From: an uncultured archaeon
GTDB lineage: Archaea > Thermoplasmatota > Penumbrarchaeia > JASLWR01
Direction: 5' to 3'
Length of the DNA: 64,000 nucleotides
Assembly (NCBI GenBank): GCA_964342815.1
Contig: CAYFHS010000008.1
Location: 1-64,000 of the forward strand
The number at the start of each line of letters is the position of its first letter. Positions within the stretch are counted from its first letter, which is position 1. A program made the position numbers and the translations under genes. Positions 1 through 8,894 of the stretch are shown here, piece by piece. Under the pieces are notes generated by a model, which was not told where the DNA came from, searched no databases, and worked only from the letters and a program-made list of their open reading frames with translations.

Positions 1-628
1 TACCCTGCTGGCCTTCCTGGCCGTTGGATACACCATCACCGTCGGAATCCGCATCCGGATTGCCCGGTTCCTGGTTATCCGGAACACCGTTCCCATCACT
101 ATCGCCGCTACCGCCTCCGGTAAGACCGTCATTATCCATATCACCGGTAAGGCTGGAATCTAACGGATATCCGTCATCGGGATCGAGTACTCCATCGCTA
201 TCAGTATCACCGTTCAGGGGGTTCGTTGGAGCCCAAAGGTTGTCCTTGTTACGCCTGTAATACTCGTCATAATTGTTGTAAGGCAGTCCGGTGTATAATC
301 CCTGTGAATTCTGTTCGGCCGGGATCATGTTAACTGTGATCCAATCGGCATCCTCATTGGCATCAGTGGGATCCATGGGATCAAGCCCACTCAGACCACC
401 AGTACCCCTTCCGTACATGATCTCGTAACCATCCGGAAGACCGTCATTATCGGAATCCGGATTGTTCGGATCAGTTCCCCATTCGAACTCCTGAACATTG
501 GATACGCCGTCTCCATCAGGATCGGCGAAAGCATCGCTGTCGTCCAGAGGGTCCGTAGCTGAGGCCATTCCTACGAAGGCCATCAGGACCATGCAGGCCC
601 CGACCAGTATTGCTATCCTCTTTTTCAT
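1..628 (-). CDS. Secreted protein with TSP3-like (DxDxDG) Ca-binding repeats; runs off the window start (absent from ORF track)
   Basis: Manual translation from ATG at 628: MKKRIAILVGACMVLMAFVGMASATDPLDDSDAFADPDGDGVSNVQEFEWGTDPNNPDSDNDGLPDGYE...; signal-peptide-like N-terminus; SD-like AGGTGA just upstream. Confidence 0.85.
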   Translation of the reverse strand, partial: MKKRIAILVGACMVLMAFVGMASATDPLDDSDAFADPDGDGVSNVQEFEWGTDPNNPDSDNDGLPDGYEIMYGRGTGGLSGLDPMDPTDANEDADWITVNMIPAEQNSQGLYTGLPYNNYDEYYRRNKDNLWAPTNPLNGDTDSDGVLDPDDGYPLDSSLTGDMDNDGLTGGGSGDSDGNGVPDNQEPGNPDADSDGDGVSNGQEGQQG

Positions 629-685
629 TTATTTCACCTGTTTTTATTCAATTAGAACTTCTTTAGACTGGAATTGGTTTAAAAC

Positions 686-693
686 TATATAAA
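686..693 (-). promoter_or_regulatory. Putative archaeal TATA box (TTTATATA) for the TSP3-repeat gene
   Basis: Reverse complement of tatataaa at 686-693, about 58 nt upstream of the ATG at 628. Confidence 0.5.
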
Positions 694-698
694 TATTA

Positions 699-739
699 TA
701 GAACGATGTTCGAACTAATCTAGAACAATGTTCGAACTA
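699..739. repeat. Tandem 19-bp repeat TAGAAC(G/A)ATGTTCGAACTA; GAAC at 11-bp periodicity; probable operator
   Basis: Copies at 699-717 and 721-739 (1 mismatch); GAAC at 701, 712, 723, 734; GTTCGAAC palindromes at 708-715 and 730-737. Confidence 0.65.
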
Positions 740-775
740 TAGAGAGAAAAAACAGACAGGGAGTAGTTCAGCACC

Positions 776-3304
776 CTATAATTTATACTCTTCATCTATG
801 GGTTCGCGAATAGCTTTTGCGATGGTCTTACCCACTCCCGGTACCTCGGCCAACTCCTTCTCTGTTGCTGTAAATACGGCTCGGACCGTCTTGAAATGCG
901 ATAACAATCTCTGAGCCAGCTTTGCGGAAATGTTGGGTAAACCTTCCAATATGTAACGCTGCTGTTCGGATAAAGACATGGCGCTCTTTCCGGCTCTGAG
1001 TTTGATGGGCCGTCCTCTTTTCCTCTCTTTTTTGGCTCCAGCCAGGAGAAACCTCGCCGTTTCCTTTGAATCCTTGCACATTATTACGCTTATTCCCAAA
1101 CCCAGCGTCACAGCCGAAAGGGCACCAAATATAGCATCGTCTGAAATATTTCTTGTAGAGAACAATCCTTCCCCCTCAATGACCAGTATTGGACTCTGAT
1201 ATGTTTTCAGTTTCTTCAATTGTACGAACAGATATCCGTCAATCATGGACGAAAGAAAATCAGTGACTACTTTTCTTTCGACGGCAATGCGATCCGAAAT
1301 GACATAATCTCCCACTTCCAATTGTTTCGGAGTTACGATCACATCCAATCGGGATAGATGCTTTACAACCTCCGAATTGAATTCCCTGTTGTCTACGACG
1401 ATTTCAATTTTTGATATTTCCGGAGAATGTGAGAAATCCCCCAGCGAGGTTTGACCGCCGATTTTTGATAGATTCAGGTCCCCAATATGATCGCTGGGCA
1501 GCCGATTCTCTTCGTCAGCCCGATGGACATCAATTTTCTCCAAATTAGGACTGTATGAAAGATCATCAGATGTATCTACCTGCCATCTTTGGTCTATTTT
1601 TCTTTCATTTTTTAACGTTACCGAATTTATATCCTTCCCACCCTGATCTCTGGCCAAACCGTCCTTATAGGGATTGATCTCAAATCCCGAAGGAACTGCC
1701 TTGACGGCTTCATTTGGTTCAATTTTTTCTAGATTTTTCACCATATTCTTTATCGGACTCCCGAGTCCGATGACTCCGTCACGGAACTCACGTTTCAATA
1801 TGTCCATTTCCTTTCTCATGCGTTTCTCTTTATTTCGAGAGGTCCAGTAATATGCTTCGTCCCGTGTTCCCTTGGTTATCATGATTATTACATTTCCTGC
1901 TTTATTCCGTCCAGTCCTCCCCCTTCTCTGTATCATACGGATCTCACTTGGCACGGATTCGTAGAATATTACCAGGTCCGTGGAAGGTATATCAAGCCCT
2001 TCCTCGGCAACAGATGTAGCAATAAGTACGTTCGTTTCACCGGTCCGGAACCTTCGGATTACCTCGAATTGCTCTTTCTGTCTCAATCCCCTATCAGTAG
2101 CTGTGCTTCTCTGACCCACAAACTTCTCAGGTCTAATCCCCGGAATATCTTTGATGCTTTCCAGAATGGTGTCCGCACTTCCTCGGTATTGCGTGAAAAG
2201 TATGATCCGGGAATCAGTTTTCGACATGAATTTTACCTTTATTAGTTCCTTTAGCTTAGGTATCTTGGGATGTGTTTCCCCCCCCATTTTCGAAAGGGCC
2301 ATTGCGTATTTAAACGCCGGTTCGTTGATAAGGGTTTTCGAAGCTTTCGAAGAACCTTTCGATCCAGCTTCTGCCTTCAATTTATCAAAATAATTGTTAA
2401 GTACCTTTACACCCTGGGTGGTTACAAGTTCCAATGCATGGTTGATTTTCATGGCTTGGGCCTGTAGCGATAAAGCTTGGTAGAGATATTTCGGAGCGTT
2501 CTTTCCCTCTGCATGAAGTCGGGCAAGTATAATTTTTTGGAGCTCGAGTAATTTGGATACACTTATCTGCCGCTTCCATACCAGCCGCATGCTTCTCAAG
2601 GAATCGATCTTTTTCTTAAGGACATTTTCTAGGTGACGGGTGATCTTTTTCAGGTTATCCGGCAGCTCTACTTTAATCCAGCTCACATTAATTTCATGAA
2701 TGTAAGGACTCACATCTACATCCCATTTGGATCTTAGTTCTACCCTCTCGATGAAAAGGTTCCCGCAAACCTCTCTGATGCGCCCGGGGTCTGATCCAGG
2801 AGAAGCGGTGATCCCTAGTATGTGGCAGTTCTCCCTCTGTTGGGCATATTTTTCACCGATAAATACATAAGAATATTTCCCCACTGCTCGATGGGCTTCG
2901 TCAAATATTAGTAGCGATATGTCACCCAGCGATTTGACTCCGGAAATAATATCGTTTTGCACGACTTGTGGGGTTGATACTATTATTCGCTTCTCAGCCC
3001 ATAAACACTTCCGCTTTTTGGGGCTCATCTCGCCGGTCATAAGCAAGATTTTATCTTGATCTATCGTCATATAACTGCTGAGAAATTCATAATGCTGCAT
3101 GGCAAGGGGTTTGGTTGGAGCGAGAAAAAGAATGTTCCCTTTATCGAGTTTCCGCCCAAGAACGATGAGGGCTATCACTGTTTTCCCCATTCCGGTAGGC
3201 AGAACAACGAGGGAGGAATTCTCCGTAGCTGTATCTGCAATATTAACCTGATAATCTCTTTTTTCTAGAGATTCTGATCTGATATATTTTTCATTAAGCC
3301 ACAT
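776..3304 (-). CDS. hef: Hef (FANCM-like) SF2 helicase with ERCC4/XPF nuclease and HhH domains
   Basis: LPTGMGKT Walker A, DEAH, QRRGRTGR motif VI, C-terminal ERKxxxD nuclease motif and HhH (VPGVGKTIA); start moved to ATG 3304 because the track's extension overlaps the tRNA. Confidence 0.95.
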   Translation of the reverse strand: MWLNEKYIRSESLEKRDYQVNIADTATENSSLVVLPTGMGKTVIALIVLGRKLDKGNILFLAPTKPLAMQHYEFLSSYMTIDQDKILLMTGEMSPKKRKCLWAEKRIIVSTPQVVQNDIISGVKSLGDISLLIFDEAHRAVGKYSYVFIGEKYAQQRENCHILGITASPGSDPGRIREVCGNLFIERVELRSKWDVDVSPYIHEINVSWIKVELPDNLKKITRHLENVLKKKIDSLRSMRLVWKRQISVSKLLELQKIILARLHAEGKNAPKYLYQALSLQAQAMKINHALELVTTQGVKVLNNYFDKLKAEAGSKGSSKASKTLINEPAFKYAMALSKMGGETHPKIPKLKELIKVKFMSKTDSRIILFTQYRGSADTILESIKDIPGIRPEKFVGQRSTATDRGLRQKEQFEVIRRFRTGETNVLIATSVAEEGLDIPSTDLVIFYESVPSEIRMIQRRGRTGRNKAGNVIIMITKGTRDEAYYWTSRNKEKRMRKEMDILKREFRDGVIGLGSPIKNMVKNLEKIEPNEAVKAVPSGFEINPYKDGLARDQGGKDINSVTLKNERKIDQRWQVDTSDDLSYSPNLEKIDVHRADEENRLPSDHIGDLNLSKIGGQTSLGDFSHSPEISKIEIVVDNREFNSEVVKHLSRLDVIVTPKQLEVGDYVISDRIAVERKVVTDFLSSMIDGYLFVQLKKLKTYQSPILVIEGEGLFSTRNISDDAIFGALSAVTLGLGISVIMCKDSKETARFLLAGAKKERKRGRPIKLRAGKSAMSLSEQQRYILEGLPNISAKLAQRLLSHFKTVRAVFTATEKELAEVPGVGKTIAKAIREPIDEEYKL

Positions 3305-3336
3305 GTTCGCAATTGATCCCCATTGGTAAAATAAAG

Positions 3337-3422
3337 CGCCGAGGGAGGGATTCGAACCCTCGTGGTACATGTACCAACAGGTCTCGAGCCTGCCGCCTTG
3401 GGCCTGGCTTAGCTACCTCGGC
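3337..3422 (-). tRNA. tRNA-Ser(CGA), intronless, CCA not encoded
   Basis: Acceptor GCCGAGG/CCTCGGC with discriminator G; anticodon arm GCAGG-CT CGA GA-CCTGT; long variable arm TGGTACATGTACCA; GGTTCGAATCC T-loop. Confidence 0.95.
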
Positions 3423-3607
3423 AAATTGGATTAATAAATTAACTGCTGGAGATTTTCTCCGCACACCCGGATAGTGAACAGGGGATAATAATGTTTTTAT
3501 GTTTAAGGAAGACAAGCCAACCTCAATAATCTTCAATCATTGGGCCATTATCCCGTAAAGCATATCATTAGTAAAGAATATATGTAACAATTACTATTAT
3601 CAATCTT

Positions 3608-6600
3608 ATGTTCTCAAACAAGTCGATTCGATTCAAGGGATTGATCCTTGTTCTATTAACCGTAATTATCGCAACGGTGAATCTTTTCCCTGCGGTTGAA
3701 ACGGATACTGAAATATATCCCGTAACATCAACTGGAAAATCCAATCAAGTTTTCGACGATAAATCGGAATATTTCGAAGCCGATTCTCGAGCACTTCCTA
3801 ATTCCATAGACGTACCCACAATAGTTCAGGGTGACACATGGACTTACCACACAGAACTCATTGTAGCAGGGAGAATTTCATATGGTTTGTTCAATATCGA
3901 CCTTACTGGTACGATAATCGGTGATACCACGTTTACCATGGAACAGATTGTAACTACCAGCGTAAAAGGTACCGACCATTTGTGTTACTTGGTCAACTTT
4001 ACCGGAACCTTCATAATGGATACAACGGGAATGGGAGGGATAATCCGAATAACTTTCGATGCTGACACGACTGGTTCGGAATACTGGAGCGTGTCCGATC
4101 TCTCAATCGTCGAAAGAGATACTATTAGGAATGGCACTATTACTATTCTGAGTCCGTATGGTAATGATGAATTCGAATTCAACCTTAGCACGAATGAAGC
4201 CTACGTAAAACCCGAAGAGAACTATGACTTTCCGATATATCCGGGGGAAGAATGGACCCAGAATCTTCTGCGGTACGCAAATAATAAAGGGGATTTCGGT
4301 GGCAACCCGATAAACGATTCCTCAGTCGAGTCAATGAATAATACCTATCGTTGCAACGATACCGAACAAATTGATGTGGATGCCGGAAACTTCGATACTT
4401 TCGTCATCGACGTTAACGAGGCTGCGAATAAAAAATACTATTCAGGTGAAGCCCGCAATTTAGTACTGGACGAGGTTGGAGCAGGTACATTTATAGACAC
4501 TAACGAGGCTACTATTACTATCGAAAGTGGAAGTATCGAGCTAACCGATTACGATGTTAATAATTACGGGAATATCCTGCAAATAGACGAGATCCCGGTG
4601 ACAACTCCAAACTCGACAATAACCGTCTCTGGGAATATACCTGGAATTTCCACCGGTAATATCAATATTGAGATACCGGGAGTAAATATTTTTATCATTA
4701 CTCCAATATCCAACGGTATTTTTCAAAAGGACCTGTACATGGACAACCGGGCAGACAGCACACCAAATTCGTTCGGTATCGATGAATACTGGTTAAACAT
4801 CTCCGATATCGGATCTCATGGAATCATAATTTATTATGGAAATTTTATGGTCCACAAGGTAATAACCTCAACCATCGCCGAACCCGATATTAACATAGTA
4901 AATATGTCTTTCAACCCTTCGAACGGTTCCATCGTCGGAGCACCTGTGAAGTTGAACATCACCATTTCCAATCCCTCAATGTTATCTGTGCCAAACCTTG
5001 AAATGAGATTGATCCACGACGGGATTGAAATTGACCTTTTTTCGATTAATAACATACCACCACTTGAAAATATCACAACAACACGTGAATGGATCGGGAC
5101 GGGACCCGTTGGGCTTCACCAGTTTAGATGTGATCTGGACCCTAACCAATTTATCAACGAAAGCAGGGAAGATAACAATGAATACTCAGCAGAATACAAT
5201 ATCAGCGACAGACCCATCCCGAGAATTTTAAGTGTGAATCCCAATCCGGGAGAAATTACCATAAATGAAGGGAGTATAATCAATTTCAATGTTACGGTGG
5301 AGGAACTTCCCGGAGGAATTTACACAAAAATATGGTTCTTTAAAATGAACGACGAGGAAAATTACACCTTAATGATGGAAAACAGCAGCAGCTTTCAATT
5401 CATTACGCGTCATCTCGGGAATTCATCCAGCATAAATTCCCCATATAAATTCAAATTCCTTCTGAGCGACAATGCGGCTCTGGGTGACAAATCCATTTCA
5501 GTAGAATGGAATGTGACAGTTGTGAATGTCAACCGACCACCAACCATAGAAAACCGGTTACCCGTCGATTCGCTTATTAAAATGAACGAGAATGAGACGC
5601 TTAACCTATCGATTCAGAGCGGAGATCTTGATGAAACCATCCCTGTTGCAGAATGGTTCTTGGATAACCAATCCCTCAGTATTTTTAAGAATTTCTATCA
5701 TTATAAACCCGATTTCAATTCTAGCGGATTTCATAATATTTCTGTACGTTTATGGGATTCCGAGGATTCTGGGAACCTTTCATTATCCGATAACTTTGTA
5801 TGGAATATAGTAGTAAACAACAAGAATCGAAACTGTACGGCAAATATTGAATTTCCAAAGGATAATGATATTTTCAAGATAGGTGAGCGTATAGACTTTT
5901 CCGCAAACGGAAGCTGTGATCCGGACTTTTCTCCAGAGGAATATTCGAGTAAACTGAACTTTACCTGGGATTTTGGGGACGGCAGTCGTGCCTATGGATT
6001 CAAAGTCAACCACAGTTACGCTAATAAAGGTGACGACTACTCCGTGGAACTCACCGTGAGAGATAACGATGGTGGAACGGACACTCATACCATCGAACTC
6101 GATATCGTTCCTGAAGCAACGGATACCGACGGGGACGGAGTTCCGGATACCGAAGACCCGGATATCGATGGAGATGGTGTTCCCAACGAGAAGGACGACT
6201 ATGATTATGATAAGGATCGACAAAAGAAACCGGATAATACGCCTGTTGAGGCAGAGAAACTTTCATCCTTCGATATTGCAATTATTTTTATACTGGGAAC
6301 CTTTATTATCATAATGATCATCGTATGGTCTTTTATTATAATACGGCAAAAGAAGAAAAAAGCTGAGAAGGAGGATGCACAAAACAGGGGTTCTGAAGAA
6401 TTACACACACAGGTGAACAATCTTGTGTCTCTCGAGGACGAAAGGGAAGAGATACTCGAGCGGCTGGATAAAATTGAAGGGAAGTTCGAGCAGCTGGATT
6501 GGGACCTTGAGGACGGATACATACCCCAGGAAAGATATGAGCATCTTACAGACAGGTATCGGCATAGACGAGATCAATTGAAAGATGAATTGGCCGAGAT

Positions 6601-7054
6601 AGAGGATCAAATCGATTATTTGGAAAGAAAGATAGAAAGAATCGATCGCCGACGAGTGAGCAAAAAGAGGACCTACGGAGGGGGCGGGGCTGATGATTTT
6701 GAACGAAGATCATATCAAGAGATCGAAGAAAAATTCGATGATGAGGGGAAAAGATGGGACGAAGACGAATACTGGGCAGAGGAGTCAGAGGAGGAGCCCG
6801 CACCTGCATTGAGACGCAGATATCACGATGATTATGATGATGGATATGATGATTATTCCGAATACGTGGATGATGAATCAGACGAATATTACAGTTATGG
6901 GAAAGATTCAGAGTATGAAGACGATGATTACGATTATGATGAAGACGATGATTACGACTATGATGAGGATGATGATTACGTGCAGGATGAGGATGATTAC
7001 GACCGTGAAGAGAATGATTACGACCACAATGAAGATGATTATTATCGTGACTAA
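3608..7054 (+). CDS. Single-pass surface protein: CARDB, Ig-like and PKD domains, TSP3-like repeat, TM, coiled coil, Asp/Tyr-rich tail
   Basis: Signal peptide; CARDB-like (PDINIVNMSFNP...DPNQFINESREDNN); PKD (WDFGDGS...HSY); DTDGDGVPD; TM IAIIFILGTFIIIMIIVWSFIII followed by RQKKKK. Confidence 0.85.
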   Translation: MFSNKSIRFKGLILVLLTVIIATVNLFPAVETDTEIYPVTSTGKSNQVFDDKSEYFEADSRALPNSIDVPTIVQGDTWTYHTELIVAGRISYGLFNIDLTGTIIGDTTFTMEQIVTTSVKGTDHLCYLVNFTGTFIMDTTGMGGIIRITFDADTTGSEYWSVSDLSIVERDTIRNGTITILSPYGNDEFEFNLSTNEAYVKPEENYDFPIYPGEEWTQNLLRYANNKGDFGGNPINDSSVESMNNTYRCNDTEQIDVDAGNFDTFVIDVNEAANKKYYSGEARNLVLDEVGAGTFIDTNEATITIESGSIELTDYDVNNYGNILQIDEIPVTTPNSTITVSGNIPGISTGNINIEIPGVNIFIITPISNGIFQKDLYMDNRADSTPNSFGIDEYWLNISDIGSHGIIIYYGNFMVHKVITSTIAEPDINIVNMSFNPSNGSIVGAPVKLNITISNPSMLSVPNLEMRLIHDGIEIDLFSINNIPPLENITTTREWIGTGPVGLHQFRCDLDPNQFINESREDNNEYSAEYNISDRPIPRILSVNPNPGEITINEGSIINFNVTVEELPGGIYTKIWFFKMNDEENYTLMMENSSSFQFITRHLGNSSSINSPYKFKFLLSDNAALGDKSISVEWNVTVVNVNRPPTIENRLPVDSLIKMNENETLNLSIQSGDLDETIPVAEWFLDNQSLSIFKNFYHYKPDFNSSGFHNISVRLWDSEDSGNLSLSDNFVWNIVVNNKNRNCTANIEFPKDNDIFKIGERIDFSANGSCDPDFSPEEYSSKLNFTWDFGDGSRAYGFKVNHSYANKGDDYSVELTVRDNDGGTDTHTIELDIVPEATDTDGDGVPDTEDPDIDGDGVPNEKDDYDYDKDRQKKPDNTPVEAEKLSSFDIAIIFILGTFIIIMIIVWSFIIIRQKKKKAEKEDAQNRGSEELHTQVNNLVSLEDEREEILERLDKIEGKFEQLDWDLEDGYIPQERYEHLTDRYRHRRDQLKDELAEIEDQIDYLERKIERIDRRRVSKKRTYGGGGADDFERRSYQEIEEKFDDEGKRWDEDEYWAEESEEEPAPALRRRYHDDYDDGYDDYSEYVDDESDEYYSYGKDSEYEDDDYDYDEDDDYDYDEDDDYVQDEDDYDREENDYDHNEDDYYRD
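6917..7051 (+). repeat. Coding tandem repeat: three 24-nt units (EDDDYDYD) then three 21-nt units
   Basis: gaagacgatgattacgattatgat / gaagacgatgattacgactatgat / gaggatgatgattacgtgcaggat, followed by degenerate 21-mers. Confidence 0.85.
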
Positions 7055-7134
7055 TCATTTTTTAATTTTAGTTAAGAAAGAAAAAGGGTGAATGATGAAA
7101 AAATGATTTGAGGTATTGATATTGGGGTGAGTGA

Positions 7135-8817
7135 TTGAAAAAAAAAATTATTATTATCGCCCTTTTCTTAGCATTTTTTTTCATCCCACTGTTATTTATA
7201 AACTCCATTGGTGCCGAGAAGGAATTCAGCTCCGAAAAAAGAGCAGCCGAATATCATATCCAGACCACGTTTGGACTTGAATTGTTCCATGATTCAGAAA
7301 AAAGTGACGGCCTATCGGTTGAAAGGATCAGTTACAACATATCATGGGGATCTCCTCTGGACAACAACACCTTGGATCTATTCTTCAACGTTTCTTCCGT
7401 TTCAACAGGGAGGGTCAATCTCACACTTATTTACCATTTTAATTATCGCTATGGTGACAGGGCAGCGTCATTCTACCCCGAGACCTTTAACTTTGCCGAG
7501 ATAGAGAATGATATCATAAAAAACCTTGACGGCTCGGATGTATCAGTTAACGAGGAAACCATATCGATCGGATTAAATATCACCTATAACCGGAGCCGTA
7601 CCTTTACTATAACCGGGGAGCTTGATCTTGAGCCACCCGAGATAGTAAACATAAAACAGATAGAGGTTGAGAAGGAAGGGATCGTGACCATAGATTTTGA
7701 CATGGTTGATGATGCCTGGGGTTACTATCTGTATCTCACTGAAAAAAAATGCGTGAATGTCGAAAATGAGGCTCCCTTTAACTCCGTGTCATTTGATTTC
7801 CCACCCATATTACTCACCCATCTAGAGGTTGGAGAAGAAATATACGTTTCGATATCCGCATATGATCTCGCGGGAAATATCAATCACCAGGTGGACTGTG
7901 TTAGGTTCGTGATGAAGATGCCCAACCGGCCGCCGGTGGCAAAGATTGACGCTTTCGAGGACAATTACGAAGCTGGGGAGCGCGTTTATTTCACATGCCG
8001 AGAGACCGGCGATCCGGATACCGATGATAAGCTGATATACAGCTGGGATCTGGACGGAGACGGAAAGGAGGATTCTGCAGATGAAAACCCTAATTTCCGT
8101 TATAGGACATCCGGTAATTACCGGGTAACGCTCACAGTGACCGACCGTGCTGGTCTTGAGGATACGACCTCCATGGTAATCAACATTCTTGATGAAAAAA
8201 GCTCGGACGATACAGATACTTCTGATGAAAACAAACAGAACTACATAGTACTTGCCATTGTTAGCAGTGGATTGGTAGCAATCATTTTATTGGCTATGAT
8301 TGTAAAGAAAAAGCGGCAGTCCGGAGTTAGAGGCCGGGAAAAGAAAACGGGAAAAAAGAACGTTATCAAATTCCTTGAAAAAGAGAAAAACGATATAGGT
8401 TCAATCAAGGAATACGAACAGCATTGGGAGGATGATGAAACAGAGACCACACCGGTGGAACAGATATTTAGAAAGATCGGTGTCATGGAGGGTTTCGGTG
8501 GAGACCAAGGGATCGCCACAGAGAAAGAGATGATTAAGTTTCTCCCAATGAAAACCAGCACAATACCCCGTAAACATAAGAAAAAGAGAGGAAGAGGGCG
8601 AAGGAAGAAAACGAGAATTCCATCAGGAAAGAGCCATCTGATCGCTGCCGTTCCCGTAGAGGAAATGGTAGAAGCTGAGAAAAGCAAGGTTTTTTATTCA
8701 TGTCCCAGGTGCGATGAGGTTTTGGAGGTCGCCATCAGCGTAAAATCTGGCCCCCTGGACGAGATATATACTGTTTCCTGTCCCGTTTGCAGCACGAAGG
8801 GCGATATCGTGATTTAA
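7135..8817 (+). CDS. Single-pass PKD-domain protein with C-terminal Zn-ribbon
   Basis: Signal peptide; NRPPVA...YSWDLDGDG...YRVTLTVTD PKD; TM then KKKR; CPRC...CPVC at the C-terminus; TTG start after GGGGTGA. Confidence 0.8.
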   Translation: MKKKIIIIALFLAFFFIPLLFINSIGAEKEFSSEKRAAEYHIQTTFGLELFHDSEKSDGLSVERISYNISWGSPLDNNTLDLFFNVSSVSTGRVNLTLIYHFNYRYGDRAASFYPETFNFAEIENDIIKNLDGSDVSVNEETISIGLNITYNRSRTFTITGELDLEPPEIVNIKQIEVEKEGIVTIDFDMVDDAWGYYLYLTEKKCVNVENEAPFNSVSFDFPPILLTHLEVGEEIYVSISAYDLAGNINHQVDCVRFVMKMPNRPPVAKIDAFEDNYEAGERVYFTCRETGDPDTDDKLIYSWDLDGDGKEDSADENPNFRYRTSGNYRVTLTVTDRAGLEDTTSMVINILDEKSSDDTDTSDENKQNYIVLAIVSSGLVAIILLAMIVKKKRQSGVRGREKKTGKKNVIKFLEKEKNDIGSIKEYEQHWEDDETETTPVEQIFRKIGVMEGFGGDQGIATEKEMIKFLPMKTSTIPRKHKKKRGRGRRKKTRIPSGKSHLIAAVPVEEMVEAEKSKVFYSCPRCDEVLEVAISVKSGPLDEIYTVSCPVCSTKGDIVI

Positions 8818-8894
8818 TTAGAAACGAATAATTTTGTGTGATCCAGTTATATTCCTTAAGGTTCCCGTTATCCTATAAGAAAAAGGGGAAAATA

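Noticed and set aside
3305-3370. N-terminal extension of the Hef ORF in the track
   Set aside because: It overlaps the tRNA-Ser gene; ATG 3304 gives a normal Hef N-terminus.
3337-3422. tRNA-Ser as an integration site for the downstream surface-protein region
   Set aside because: I saw no duplicated tRNA 3' end and no integrase in the window.
6917-7051. Possible CRISPR-like array
   Set aside because: Units are contiguous, in frame and lack unique spacers; no cas genes; it is a coding repeat.
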